64,000 bases of DNA, from positions 13,461 to 77,460 of the forward strand of contig JAUSGQ010000020.1 in assembly GCA_030674455.1 (NCBI GenBank), written 5' to 3'. The notes beneath the pieces are model-generated. The model worked only from the letters and a program-made list of their open reading frames with translations, ran no database searches and was not told the DNA's origin. This document shows positions 18,470 through 27,117 of the stretch, one piece after another (within the stretch, counting starts at the first letter, position 1; every line of letters starts with the position of its first letter). The position numbers and the translations under genes are program-made. Source of the DNA: a bacterium (GTDB lineage: Bacteria; Patescibacteriota; Minisyncoccia; Phycocordibacterales; UBA2100).

Positions 18470-18808
18470 ATGAAAAAATTTCTTGTAATTTATAAAGCGC
18501 CAAGTGAGGAGTTCCAAAAACTAATGGCCAATTCAACTCCAGAAGAACAGAAGAAAGGCATGGAAGATTGGGGAAAGTGGATGAAGGAACATAGTGCGGA
18601 ACTCGTAGACGGAGGAGCGCCCGTCGGAAAAACCAAGCAAGTGACAATGGACAGCGTTACGGATATTAAAAACGACATCGGTGGATACTCGATTGTTCAG
18701 GCCGAATCTCATGATGATGCCGCGAAAATCTTCACCGACAGCCCGCATTTTTCCGTCCCGCGCTCATCAATTGAAGTGATGGAAATCATGCCCATGCTTA
18801 CGAATTAA
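18470..18808 (+). CDS. Hypothetical small protein (YciI/Dabb-like fold guess)
   Basis: 112-aa ORF. No definitive motif. Followed by a strong hairpin. Confidence 0.4.
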   Translation: MKKFLVIYKAPSEEFQKLMANSTPEEQKKGMEDWGKWMKEHSAELVDGGAPVGKTKQVTMDSVTDIKNDIGGYSIVQAESHDDAAKIFTDSPHFSVPRSSIEVMEIMPMLTN

Positions 18809-18817
18809 TGTCCTTTT

Positions 18818-18878
18818 CATTCTAACGTTTTGCTTGCCCTTCCATAGCTTTAGCGAAGGAGGGCAAAACGTTAGAATG
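18818..18878 (+). terminator. Long hairpin (16-bp perfect stem CATTCTAACGTTTTGC / GCAAAACGTTAGAATG)
   Basis: Starts 10 nt after the stop of 18470-18808. No T-run, so it may be a regulatory or structural hairpin. Confidence 0.4.
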
Positions 18879-18927
18879 AGAAGAGCTGCAATGCTGTTCC
18901 GCAGGTTTCCGCTTTGAATATGCACCT

Positions 18928-19012
18928 CAATCCAAATCCGGGGTTTTGGAGCCGAGGCCCCACATGAAATCAAAGTAGGCGCTTAGGGTGTTGGAAAATT
19001 CTTTGCTCTCTA
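18928..19012 (-). pseudogene. Duplicated 3'-terminal fragment of the TrmB-like gene (direct repeat / att-like)
   Basis: The 85-bp segment AATCCAAATCCGGGGTTTTGGAGCCGAGGCCCCACATGAAATC.AA.TAGGCGCTTAGGGTGTTGGAAAATTCTTTGCTCTC also occurs at 19766-19851. The minus-strand translation FIIESKEFSNTLSAYFDFMWGLGSKTPDLD* equals the C-terminus of 19764-20528. Confidence 0.7.
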
Positions 19013-19243
19013 TGATGAAGAAAGTGCCAGAAGATCGTGGTCATTGAAACTTCATTATTTTTTGTTATGCTTAAGTTATGACAAAGAAAAATATTACATT
19101 CATTGCAACGCAGTTCAGAAATAAGCCGGTGAATATCAGCTTCTACACCAAAGATGGCGAGCGCGTGAATTTTACTGCAACAGAAAAAACGCCTGTGAGG
19201 ACTCGCGTGCATTTCCGCGCTCGCAATCGTAAACCTTAAGAAA

Positions 19244-19696
19244 ATGGCTCAACCGTTCGACTATAAGTTCGGGCTCACCGAGATTATTCCCTCCAAGCAA
19301 TTAGACGACCGCGAAGGTCAAAAAGTGACCACCTTCAAGACACTTGTGGAGAAGACGATAACATCGGAGGTACTCAAATCCCTCGCTTTTCCTTCTAAAA
19401 GAGAGGTCTTTGTGTCGATAATGCAATTTTTTGCAAGCAAGAAGGAATATGAAAGCCGAGATATTGATAATATGTCAAAAACAGTTATGGACTGTCTCAA
19501 GGGTAAGCTTTACATTGACGACGCGCAGGTACGGACACTTTTGATAAGCAAAAAGATTTCTCCAAAGGTTCCGACGAACTTCGTGTTCGTTGGAATGAGG
19601 GAAATAAAGGGAGAAACAGATGTTGGCATCGTACAGAATAATTTGCTGGAACAGGCCGTTACCCTTTATCAGGCATCTGCGAAAGCGGTAGCATGA
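19244..19696 (+). CDS. rusA: RusA-like Holliday-junction resolvase (phage-type)
   Basis: SRDIDNMSKTVMDCLKGKLYIDDAQV matches the RusA catalytic signature (D-x-D-N...K...DD-x-Q-V). Confidence 0.65.
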   Translation: MAQPFDYKFGLTEIIPSKQLDDREGQKVTTFKTLVEKTITSEVLKSLAFPSKREVFVSIMQFFASKKEYESRDIDNMSKTVMDCLKGKLYIDDAQVRTLLISKKISPKVPTNFVFVGMREIKGETDVGIVQNNLLEQAVTLYQASAKAVA

Positions 19697-19763
19697 AAAG
19701 GGTCGGGCAGTATAAGATGATAGCAATCACTCTTTCCGCAAATAAAAGTGGTTTCCCGAGAGC

Positions 19764-20528
19764 CTAATCCAAATCCGGGGTTTTGGAGCCGAGGCCCCAC
19801 ATGAAATCGAAATAGGCGCTTAGGGTGTTGGAAAATTCTTTGCTCTCAATAATAAATCCGAAATTTTCTTCTTTGGTGGAAACCATGGCGACTTTGTGGT
19901 CGTAAATCATGATTATGGCCGCATAGAAAACGGACGGGGGGAGATAGCGCACGTAACGTTTTAGCTTCGGGTCTTCCATCCCGCGCTTATTCGTATACAA
20001 ATCTCCGTGCTTGGGGTGAAGATTGCGCGTAATAATGCCGCGCGCGATTCTTTTTTTAATAAACTCGTTGATGAACGCGTCTCCGACGACTTCGTTGTGC
20101 TGGCGCGCCCGCACAATTTGCTTTATTTCTTTTGATTGGCAGTCAAGCGCGTCGTCATAGATTTTCTTCACACCCTCGCGCCCCTCAAAAAACGCGATTT
20201 TCGGTCGCACGTGGTGTGTGATGAACAAATTTGAAAGCCCCGGCAGGACTTCTGCCACTCGTTTCTTCTTTTCTTCAAGCATCGAGAGGATAAGAGCGGG
20301 GTCTTGCGCCTCGTAGAGTTTCTGTTTTCCTTTGTACCTGCTTTTGACAAGGTCCATCGCCTCCAACTCTTCGACGATTCCGTAGACAGTCGTTCTTTTA
20401 ATTTGAGCGGCAGTTGCAATTTGCGGGATTTTAGACGGACCAGCTTCCAAGCAGGCGATATAGACTTGCGCCTGCTTGTGCGTGAGCCCTGCGTCCATAA
20501 GTTCCTTTTTGTACATATTTTTCGACAA
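19764..20528 (-). CDS. TrmB-like HTH transcriptional regulator
   Basis: N-terminal LTHKQAQVYIACLEAGPSKIPQIATAAQIKRTTVYGIVEELEAMDLV is a TrmB-type wHTH. The C-terminal 30 aa are duplicated at 18928-19012. Confidence 0.55.
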   Translation of the reverse strand: MSKNMYKKELMDAGLTHKQAQVYIACLEAGPSKIPQIATAAQIKRTTVYGIVEELEAMDLVKSRYKGKQKLYEAQDPALILSMLEEKKKRVAEVLPGLSNLFITHHVRPKIAFFEGREGVKKIYDDALDCQSKEIKQIVRARQHNEVVGDAFINEFIKKRIARGIITRNLHPKHGDLYTNKRGMEDPKLKRYVRYLPPSVFYAAIIMIYDHKVAMVSTKEENFGFIIESKEFSNTLSAYFDFMWGLGSKTPDLD

Positions 20529-20868
20529 CTTTCTATGCTCGATAATGCCTTATATTAAGCCATTTCTTGAAACTAGCTAGATAATAATACATGAATTATG
20601 ACGGATTTCAAAGAGTTGGGACATACTTTACACACGAAGACAGGATGTTTGTCTTCGTACGGCCCGGGTCGCACCTAGCGGTCCATTTGCGAGTCATTCG
20701 ACTCACAAAAAAGTTCTTTCCGGGAAGTTATTCATAACTTTCCATTTGCGAATCAAACGATTTGCAAAAGCTTTTCGGCAAATTTTCTCTTCCATGAAAA
20801 TTTCCACCACATTTAAAGACTTGAGCACACCCGTTCAAGTCTTTTCCTTATCTGACGCTGATAGAAAC

Positions 20869-20904
20869 CTATTCTAGTATTTTGCAAAATACTAGAATAG
20901 ATTT
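20869..20904. promoter_or_regulatory. Palindrome CTATTCTAGTATTTTGCAAAATACTAGAATAG, copy 3
   Basis: 32-bp perfect palindrome ~70 bp upstream of the DinJ-YafQ module. Identical core to the copies at 14464 and 14771. Confidence 0.5.
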
Positions 20905-20968
20905 GCTGTGAGAGGTGCTGCACGCGCGAGCTTGACATGGGTGCTACCGTTGTATATACTTCGGTTAT

Positions 20969-21256
20969 ATGAAAACCGTCATCAGCGTAAAGGTAGACAA
21001 AGACGTGCGCGACAGAGCGCGTAAGGTGGCACGGCAGATGGGCGTGCCTCTTTCAATGGTGGTCAACTCGGGGCTCCGGCAGTTCGCCCAAGAAGAGCGT
21101 ATCGTCTTTCAAACAGAAAAAGTCTACCGAATGACCAAAAAATTTGAGAAGAAGCTCGAGAAAATCGAGGCCGATATAAAGGCTGGACGAAATCTCTCGC
21201 CCGAATTTAAAACTGCTGCAGAAATGGACAGGTATCTTGATGGCCTGAAAAAATGA
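20969..21256 (+). CDS. dinJ: DinJ/RelB-family antitoxin
   Basis: KVDKDVRDRARKVARQMGVPLSMVVNSGLRQFAQEERIVF parallels the DinJ RHH N-terminus. Overlaps the toxin gene by 4 nt. Confidence 0.8.
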   Translation: MKTVISVKVDKDVRDRARKVARQMGVPLSMVVNSGLRQFAQEERIVFQTEKVYRMTKKFEKKLEKIEADIKAGRNLSPEFKTAAEMDRYLDGLKK

Positions 21257-21513
21257 TCATTCATACACATCGGTCATTTGAGAAAAAATACCTGAAATTA
21301 CAGGCGAAACTTCAAGATAAGTTCCGGGAACGTCGTGACTTGTTCATTGATTACCAGTTTCATCCATTGCTTGACAACCACGCTTTACACGGCGAGTGGC
21401 AGGGTTATCGAAGCATTAACGTTACCGGCGACTTTCGAGCAGTATTCAAACAAGAAAACAATATCGTAACTTTTGTTGATATTGATACGCACCACAAACT
21501 CTACGGCACATAG
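21253..21513 (+). CDS. yafQ: YafQ/RelE-family mRNA interferase toxin
   Basis: HPLLDNHALHGEWQGYRSINVTGDFRAVFKQENNIVTFVDIDTHHKLYG parallels YafQ (HPLQGSWKGYRDAHVEPDWILIY...RTGTHAALFG). Confidence 0.8.
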   Translation: MIIHTHRSFEKKYLKLQAKLQDKFRERRDLFIDYQFHPLLDNHALHGEWQGYRSINVTGDFRAVFKQENNIVTFVDIDTHHKLYGT

Positions 21514-21515
21514 CG

Positions 21516-22631
21516 TTAAATTTTCTCTTTCGATTCGGAAAAGAAAATGTGATTTCTTGAAATGCCAAGTGTCTTTAATCGCTTTACGATAAAATCGTTC
21601 ATGGCTTTTTCGGACTTTCCGCCAGAGGCGCCTTGCCCGCCTCTGGCTGGGGATCCGCCTCCGGCGGAAAATTTGATTACTTTGCCTTTATCTATTACCG
21701 CCCACTGTCCCACTGCACGCAAGACGTCGACTTTGTTGAATACGATGTGCGTGACGCCGTTCATGCGGATGGCGCGCTCGAGTGTTTGGATGTTCATCCA
21801 GTTGCACTGGCGGCGGCGGCCTGTCGTTGCGCCGTATTCTTCTCCGAGGTCGCCCATTTTGTTGAAGACATCTCCCTCGGGCTGGAATTTCTTGCTGCCC
21901 ACGTATGTTTCGTAGATTTTTGCGACTCCCCACACATCGCGGATTGCCGTTGCGGGAAAGCCGTTCAAAAGTGCGCCGGCCGTTGTGCAGTGAGACGATG
22001 TGACGAAGGGGTAGTCGCCCCAATCAATGTCGAGCCCGAATCCCTGCGCTCCCTCCGCGAGGATGTTTAATTCGCCCCTCGACTTCGCTCGGGGTAAATA
22101 CCACTCCTTGTATAAATCAATGAGATAGGGCTTCAGCTCCGGCACATTTTCGGCGCGCAAGCCGGTGCGGCCGTACTTGTCGCGATATGCGGGGCCGTTG
22201 CCGCGGCCCGTCGTGCCGATTGCACCGCCGCCTTTTTTGTCTTCGGCCTTGTGCGCGTCGGTGATGACGTGCGTGTTGTTTGCGATAAAGATTTTGCCTT
22301 TAGTCGCGACGCCGCCTTCGTTCAAAATTTTAATTTCGCGGAAGAACTGCTCGGGGTCCAGCACGCAGCCGGAACCGATGACAGAGCGCACGCCAAAAAA
22401 TACTCCGGCCGGAATGTGGTGGGTGATGAACTTAACTCCTTTATGAAAAATGGTGTGGCCTGCGTTGCATCCGCCGTTGTACCGCAGAACGTGGGAGTAT
22501 TTCTTCGTCTTGCACAAAAAGTGGGCGACTTTGCCCTTTCCGCAGTCTCCGTATTGGAGGTCTACGATTACATCAATGTTTATCTTTGACTTTGACACAG
22601 CTAACTTATAGTAACATCCCACAAACGACAT
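21516..22631 (-). CDS. purA: Adenylosuccinate synthetase
   Basis: YGDCGKGKV (P-loop), NAGHTI, GTTGRGNGPAYRDK and GATTGRRRQCNWMN are canonical PurA motifs. Start set at MSFVGCYYKLAV... (22631) rather than the longer ORF. Confidence 0.9.
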   Translation of the reverse strand: MSFVGCYYKLAVSKSKINIDVIVDLQYGDCGKGKVAHFLCKTKKYSHVLRYNGGCNAGHTIFHKGVKFITHHIPAGVFFGVRSVIGSGCVLDPEQFFREIKILNEGGVATKGKIFIANNTHVITDAHKAEDKKGGGAIGTTGRGNGPAYRDKYGRTGLRAENVPELKPYLIDLYKEWYLPRAKSRGELNILAEGAQGFGLDIDWGDYPFVTSSHCTTAGALLNGFPATAIRDVWGVAKIYETYVGSKKFQPEGDVFNKMGDLGEEYGATTGRRRQCNWMNIQTLERAIRMNGVTHIVFNKVDVLRAVGQWAVIDKGKVIKFSAGGGSPARGGQGASGGKSEKAMNDFIVKRLKTLGISRNHIFFSESKEKI

Positions 22632-22667
22632 GCAACTTAGACGGTTTGTGGGAAAATTTGCAAGTTC

Positions 22668-22698
22668 CAATTTGCAATTTGCAAACAAAATTCCAAGT
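22668..22698. repeat. 31-bp repeat CCAATTTGCAATTTGCAAACAAAATTCCAAG upstream of purA
   Basis: Exact reverse complement found at 52800-52830, next to the purH-like gene. Confidence 0.6.
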
Positions 22699-23163
22699 TC
22701 CAGTTTTCAAAAGGGGAAACCGGTATTGAATGGCTATAAATGGAACGGTCCCGAGGCGACTTGCTGTGCCTGCGGGATCCGTTTATTTGTTGCCTTTCGG
22801 CTTGTTCTGAGGGATGAACCTCAGTATGTGTTTTACCGATTGTCAGTCGGCGACTGTCGAAAGATCAGAAAAAAGTTACCTCGATAGACACCTCCCTCAT
22901 TATTAATCGGGTGACCGTTTGGGCTTTTGCCAGGAGCCGTGAACGATCACTTAATCGCGTACAATGCTTTGCTATCACCGTCAGGGCGGTTTGATGACTC
23001 TCATCATCATCCCTCCGAAGAATTAAGAAGCACTCGTCTGAGTGTCCTAACCAACTCTTGTATGGAAAGAGCTGGCTCGCGCCAATATACCCCCCCCGAC
23101 TATTTTGTACAGCGCACCAAAAATGACTGAAATTCCCAAGGTCTCACCTCACATACAGAATTC

Positions 23164-23183
23164 CCGAGGAGAGGCCTTCCAAT
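23164..23183. repeat. 20-mer GAATTCCCGAGGAGAGGCCT (also inverted at 63335-63354) within a repeat-rich intergenic region
   Basis: The region 23150-23245 contains three variants (GAATTCCCGAGGAGAGGCC, GAAATTCCCGAGGAGACACCTCC, GGTGAGGAGTCACCTCGGGGAATCACC). Confidence 0.5.
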
Positions 23184-23329
23184 GCGAAATTCCCGAGGAG
23201 ACACCTCCCCTTTAGGTGAGGAGTCACCTCGGGGAATCACCCAAAAACATCTGCGTGAATCTGCGTTTATTTTCCTGCGTCGTCGCCGATAGAGTTCATA
23301 TCGGCACCTGTGGACGGTCTGCGCTTAGA

Positions 23330-24502
23330 CTAGAACGGGTTTCGGATATCGTTACGAATCTCAAAATGCACGTGCGAACCGGTGGATTTGCCGGTGGAGC
23401 CGACATATCCGATGACCTGGCCTCGCACAACGCTCTGTCCGACGGAGACGATGTTTTTGGAGTTGTGCGAATACAGAGTTTGCGAGCCGTTGCTATGCTG
23501 AATCACGATGTAGAGTCCATACCCGCCATTCCATCCTCCATTTTTCGATACAATTACATCTCCATCCGCCGAGGCGAGTATAGGAGTACCTTTAGGTGCT
23601 GCGAGGTCCACTCCGTTGTACCCGTGGATACCTTGAGTCCTTACATAATGTGCGAGGGGAGCTGTGTAGTAGGCAATCTGCGCTACCGTACCCGTGTGTG
23701 AATTGAGCGTCGTGGCTAAGGTACCCTTAGCCGGCTTGGTCGAGGCCGGGGCGGCAACGACCGCAGCGACCGCAATCTCGCCATCCGGAATGATAAGTTT
23801 CATGCCTGCGATAATCATGCCCTCGTCAAGGCCGTTGAAATTGGCGATGTCCACTGCGTCCGCATCGAACTTCTTTGCGATTGAGGCGAGCGTATCGCCC
23901 GACTTTACGGTGTATCGCACGCCGGTAATCGGCAAGATAACGAGCATTTGCCCGACTTTAAGCACGGCGTTGCGGGGTAAATCGTTTGCCCAAAGGATGG
24001 TGTCGGGAGAGACCTTATAGAGCTTCGCGATGCCATTCAGCGTATCGCCCTCGACTACGGTGTAGACGCTGATGGTCGCGTTCTTCGGCTTTTCAATGTC
24101 GGATATCGTGCCGGCGGGACCCTCTTCCGGCATGAGCGCGGAACCGTCCACTATGGTTATGTCGCCGCCGCCTCGCGCGGCTGATGGGTCGATGTTCATT
24201 GCCGGCCGCGGAAGCTGCATCGTTTGAACGTTGTCAGTTATGACAGCGGCCGCCTCTGTTGGCTTTGCCGTCATCATGCCTAGCGATGCCAGCAAATCGC
24301 CGAGGACTCCGGCTTTTGCCATGCTAGGAAGAACCGAACCGGTTATAAGTATGAGAGAAATTAAAGAAACCGCCAGCCTGCGTCGCCTGCCCGCGCGTTG
24401 CGCGCAGGCGGACGAACGCGACAGGCAGGCCACTCGTGCAGTCTTAGACCTCCGATATGTCCTCTCGCGCGCGGGTCGTAAATCCGCGCCGGAATCCTTC
24501 AA
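23330..24502 (-). CDS. LysM-domain M23 family peptidoglycan metalloendopeptidase
   Basis: Two LysM repeats (YTVVEGDTLNGIAKLYKVSPDTILWAN; YTVKSGDTLASIAKKF). C-terminal M23 motifs HGYNGVDLAAPKGTP and GSTGKSTGSHVHFEI. N-terminal Arg-rich segment, then a TM or signal sequence. Confidence 0.85.
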   Translation of the reverse strand: MKDSGADLRPARERTYRRSKTARVACLSRSSACAQRAGRRRRLAVSLISLILITGSVLPSMAKAGVLGDLLASLGMMTAKPTEAAAVITDNVQTMQLPRPAMNIDPSAARGGGDITIVDGSALMPEEGPAGTISDIEKPKNATISVYTVVEGDTLNGIAKLYKVSPDTILWANDLPRNAVLKVGQMLVILPITGVRYTVKSGDTLASIAKKFDADAVDIANFNGLDEGMIIAGMKLIIPDGEIAVAAVVAAPASTKPAKGTLATTLNSHTGTVAQIAYYTAPLAHYVRTQGIHGYNGVDLAAPKGTPILASADGDVIVSKNGGWNGGYGLYIVIQHSNGSQTLYSHNSKNIVSVGQSVVRGQVIGYVGSTGKSTGSHVHFEIRNDIRNPF

Positions 24503-24952
24503 TTGGCTTGTTATATGCGTTTTTGGACGGGGTCGATGAGAATTTCAATCGAAATGTGGCTTTATATCTGGCCCTTTAAGAAAGCAGGGAAAGATAGGCC
24601 GCAAAGAGCAAGGACAAGACCACCGTACCTTTTCACTCTACCTTCATGGTTTGGCGAGTCAACCTCATAGAATCTTCACAGGTGGATAGCGATTTTGTCA
24701 ATTTTGGCTCCGGAGAGGTTGCCGAGGGTGCGCTACCATGCAAAATATCGATAATAACGTGCTTTTGAGCCGTATTTTGACGCTCCATGCTCGCGAGGCG
24801 AGGAATGCCCAGTGCCGAAAAGCACTATTGGTGACTTCACCAAATCACGATAGGCGATGTTTAGTTACTGGGTGTCAATAGCAAAAATGCCGGCGTGCTA
24901 TAGTTCACCGGTTCCCGTTAGTTACTGATGGAGACGTATCACCCTTGCTATT

Positions 24953-26980
24953 ATGACAACAAAATTCCTGGATGGCTTAAATGTGGCTCAAAAGCAGGCT
25001 GTCTTGCATAAAGACGGACCGCTGCTAATCGTTGCGGGAGCGGGAGCCGGAAAAACAAAAACTATCACGCACAGAATCGCACAACTAATAGAGAGCGGGG
25101 TGTCCGCACGTTCGATACTCGCGGTTACTTTTACAAATAAAGCTGCTGAAGAAATGCGCACACGAGTACAGAACTTATTACGAGCGGAGGGGGACCTGCC
25201 CGCCGAAGCTTCTGCCTGTGCGTCTTCGCACGCAGACAGGTCGGCGCAGGCGGGGATGCGCGAGCGGGTACTCGGCCTGCTCCCCGAACGACACGGCGGC
25301 CTGCCTGCATCGCAGACGCGACAGGCAGGCTTGCCTCTCATAACGACCTTCCACTCGCTCGGCGTCCGGCTTTTGCGGGAATTCCATGAGGTTGCCGGCA
25401 TCCCGCGCGGTTTTTCCATCTGGGATCAGGATGACAGCACGCGCGCCGTCAAAAATATCCTGAAACAGCTCGATACCGAGGAATGGACTCCGCGGCAGAT
25501 ACTTTCCGCAATTTCCCGAGAGAAAGGAGCGGGGAAGTCGGCTGGTGAATATCGTGAGCGCGCGGAGAACCGCCGCGAGCAGGCAACGGCGCAGGTGTGG
25601 GAGCGCTATGAGAAAATGCTAAAAGATGAGGGGGGATTGGACTTTGATGATTTACTGGTCCGGACGGTCACGCTTTTCCGCGAATCGCCAAAAACGCTCT
25701 CGCTTTTGCAAAATCGCTGGCACTATCTGACCGTTGATGAATATCAGGACACAAGCGGGATGCAATATGAAATGATGAGACTTTTGTGCGGGGATCGTAA
25801 TAATATTTGCGTTGTGGGCGACTTGGACCAATGTATATACGCATGGAGGCAAGCAGAAATTGGAAACTTGTTGTCGTTCGAGCGAATTTTCCCAAGCACA
25901 AAAGTTGTTCGGCTCGAGCAGAACTACCGCTCGACGAGGACCATCCTCGCGGCGGCAAACGCTGTGATAGCAAAAAACGTCAACCGAATTCCAAAAAATC
26001 TTTTCAGCGAGAATGATACCGGGGAGCCCATAACGATTTACGACGCGATGAATGAGCGCGATGAAGCATGGTTCGTCGTGGAAAAATCAGCGGGACTGAT
26101 TGATTCTCGCGTGCCATCGCAGGAAATCGCCGTGCTATATCGTGAGAATGCCATGTCGAGAGTTTTGGAAGAAGCGTTTCTTCACGCAGGTATTCCATAC
26201 CGCGTCTTGGGAACCAGATTTTTTGAGCGTAGAGAAGTGAAAGATGTGCTTTCATATCTGCGCGCCGCACTCAATCCAAAAAGCAAGGGCGATTTCGCGC
26301 GAATCATCGCCGTTCCGCCGCGCGGAATCGGAAAAATCACGCTCGAAAAGTTCTTTAAGGGAGAAACGCTCGGCGCTGCCGGAGTGAAAGTCGCGAAGTT
26401 CCAGGAGTCGCTTGTAAAAATCGGGCATGCAGTGAAAACTTTGCCCGCATCCGAGGCAGTTCGTTTTTGCATTGAAGAAAGCGGGATACAAAAAATGTTC
26501 GACAGCAAAACGGAAGAGGGACGCGAACGGCTCGGTAACGTTCGCGAGCTTGCAAACCTCGCGGCGAAATACGAAAACGATGAGCCGCCATCGGGAATTG
26601 AACGGCTATTGGAAGAGGCGGCGCTGCAGAGCGAGCAGGACGAACTCGACATCGCGAGAGATAAGAGCGGGGTTTCACTTATGACAGTACACGCCTCGAA
26701 GGGGCTGGAATTCGACGCGGTATTCATTGTAGGGCTAGAACAGGGGCTTTTCCCGTCACTGCGAGATGACGGCAGCCGCGACCCGGAAGAAGAGCGGCGG
26801 CTTTTTTATGTTGCCCTTACGCGCGCGCGCAAACATCTTTTTCTTTCATACGCTCATGAGCGCACAAAATACGGCATGAGAGACACTGCCATGCCGTCGG
26901 AATTCCTTTCGGATATTGATTCGCGATTGATGAAACACGCTCTCGATGATAACGGGGGAAAGGAAGACATCATCGAGTAA
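24953..26980 (+). CDS. UvrD/PcrA/Rep-family ATP-dependent DNA helicase (superfamily 1)
   Basis: Motifs I (AGAGAGKTKTITHRIA), Ia (TFTNKAAEEM), II (YLTVDEYQDT), III, V and VI (VALTRARKHLFLSY). Contains an unusual ~50-aa GC-rich insertion between motifs Ia and Ib. Confidence 0.9.
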   Translation: MTTKFLDGLNVAQKQAVLHKDGPLLIVAGAGAGKTKTITHRIAQLIESGVSARSILAVTFTNKAAEEMRTRVQNLLRAEGDLPAEASACASSHADRSAQAGMRERVLGLLPERHGGLPASQTRQAGLPLITTFHSLGVRLLREFHEVAGIPRGFSIWDQDDSTRAVKNILKQLDTEEWTPRQILSAISREKGAGKSAGEYRERAENRREQATAQVWERYEKMLKDEGGLDFDDLLVRTVTLFRESPKTLSLLQNRWHYLTVDEYQDTSGMQYEMMRLLCGDRNNICVVGDLDQCIYAWRQAEIGNLLSFERIFPSTKVVRLEQNYRSTRTILAAANAVIAKNVNRIPKNLFSENDTGEPITIYDAMNERDEAWFVVEKSAGLIDSRVPSQEIAVLYRENAMSRVLEEAFLHAGIPYRVLGTRFFERREVKDVLSYLRAALNPKSKGDFARIIAVPPRGIGKITLEKFFKGETLGAAGVKVAKFQESLVKIGHAVKTLPASEAVRFCIEESGIQKMFDSKTEEGRERLGNVRELANLAAKYENDEPPSGIERLLEEAALQSEQDELDIARDKSGVSLMTVHASKGLEFDAVFIVGLEQGLFPSLRDDGSRDPEEERRLFYVALTRARKHLFLSYAHERTKYGMRDTAMPSEFLSDIDSRLMKHALDDNGGKEDIIE

Positions 26981-26981
26981 G

Positions 26982-27117
26982 CTCCAAGCCACAAAATCCA
27001 AGCCACAAACAAGCTACAATATATAAATTCTAAAAATCTAAACGAAATGCGTCTTGTTGTTTATGAGTTTAATTATTGAGATTTTGTTTGGATTTTGGTA
27101 TTTGGAGATTGGAGCTT
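26982..27117. repeat. Intergenic inverted-repeat block, 'TTGGAGCTTG/CCAAGCC' family, locus 2
   Basis: GCTCCAAGCCACAAAATCCAAGCCACAAACAAG ... TTGTTTGGATTTTGGTATTTGGAGATTGGAGCTT ends at the rsmA ATG. Confidence 0.5.

Noticed and set aside
22630-22887. 85-aa plus-strand ORF upstream of purA
   Set aside because: Mostly translation of the TTTGCAA repeat block. Low-complexity and unlikely to be a real protein.
24503-24952. 450-bp non-coding spacer between the divergent M23 peptidase and helicase genes with GTTAGTTACTG x2, considered as tRNA or ncRNA
   Set aside because: No tRNA cloverleaf signature (no GTTCRANYC T-loop motif), and no known riboswitch consensus recognised. Left as an unexplained long divergent promoter region.
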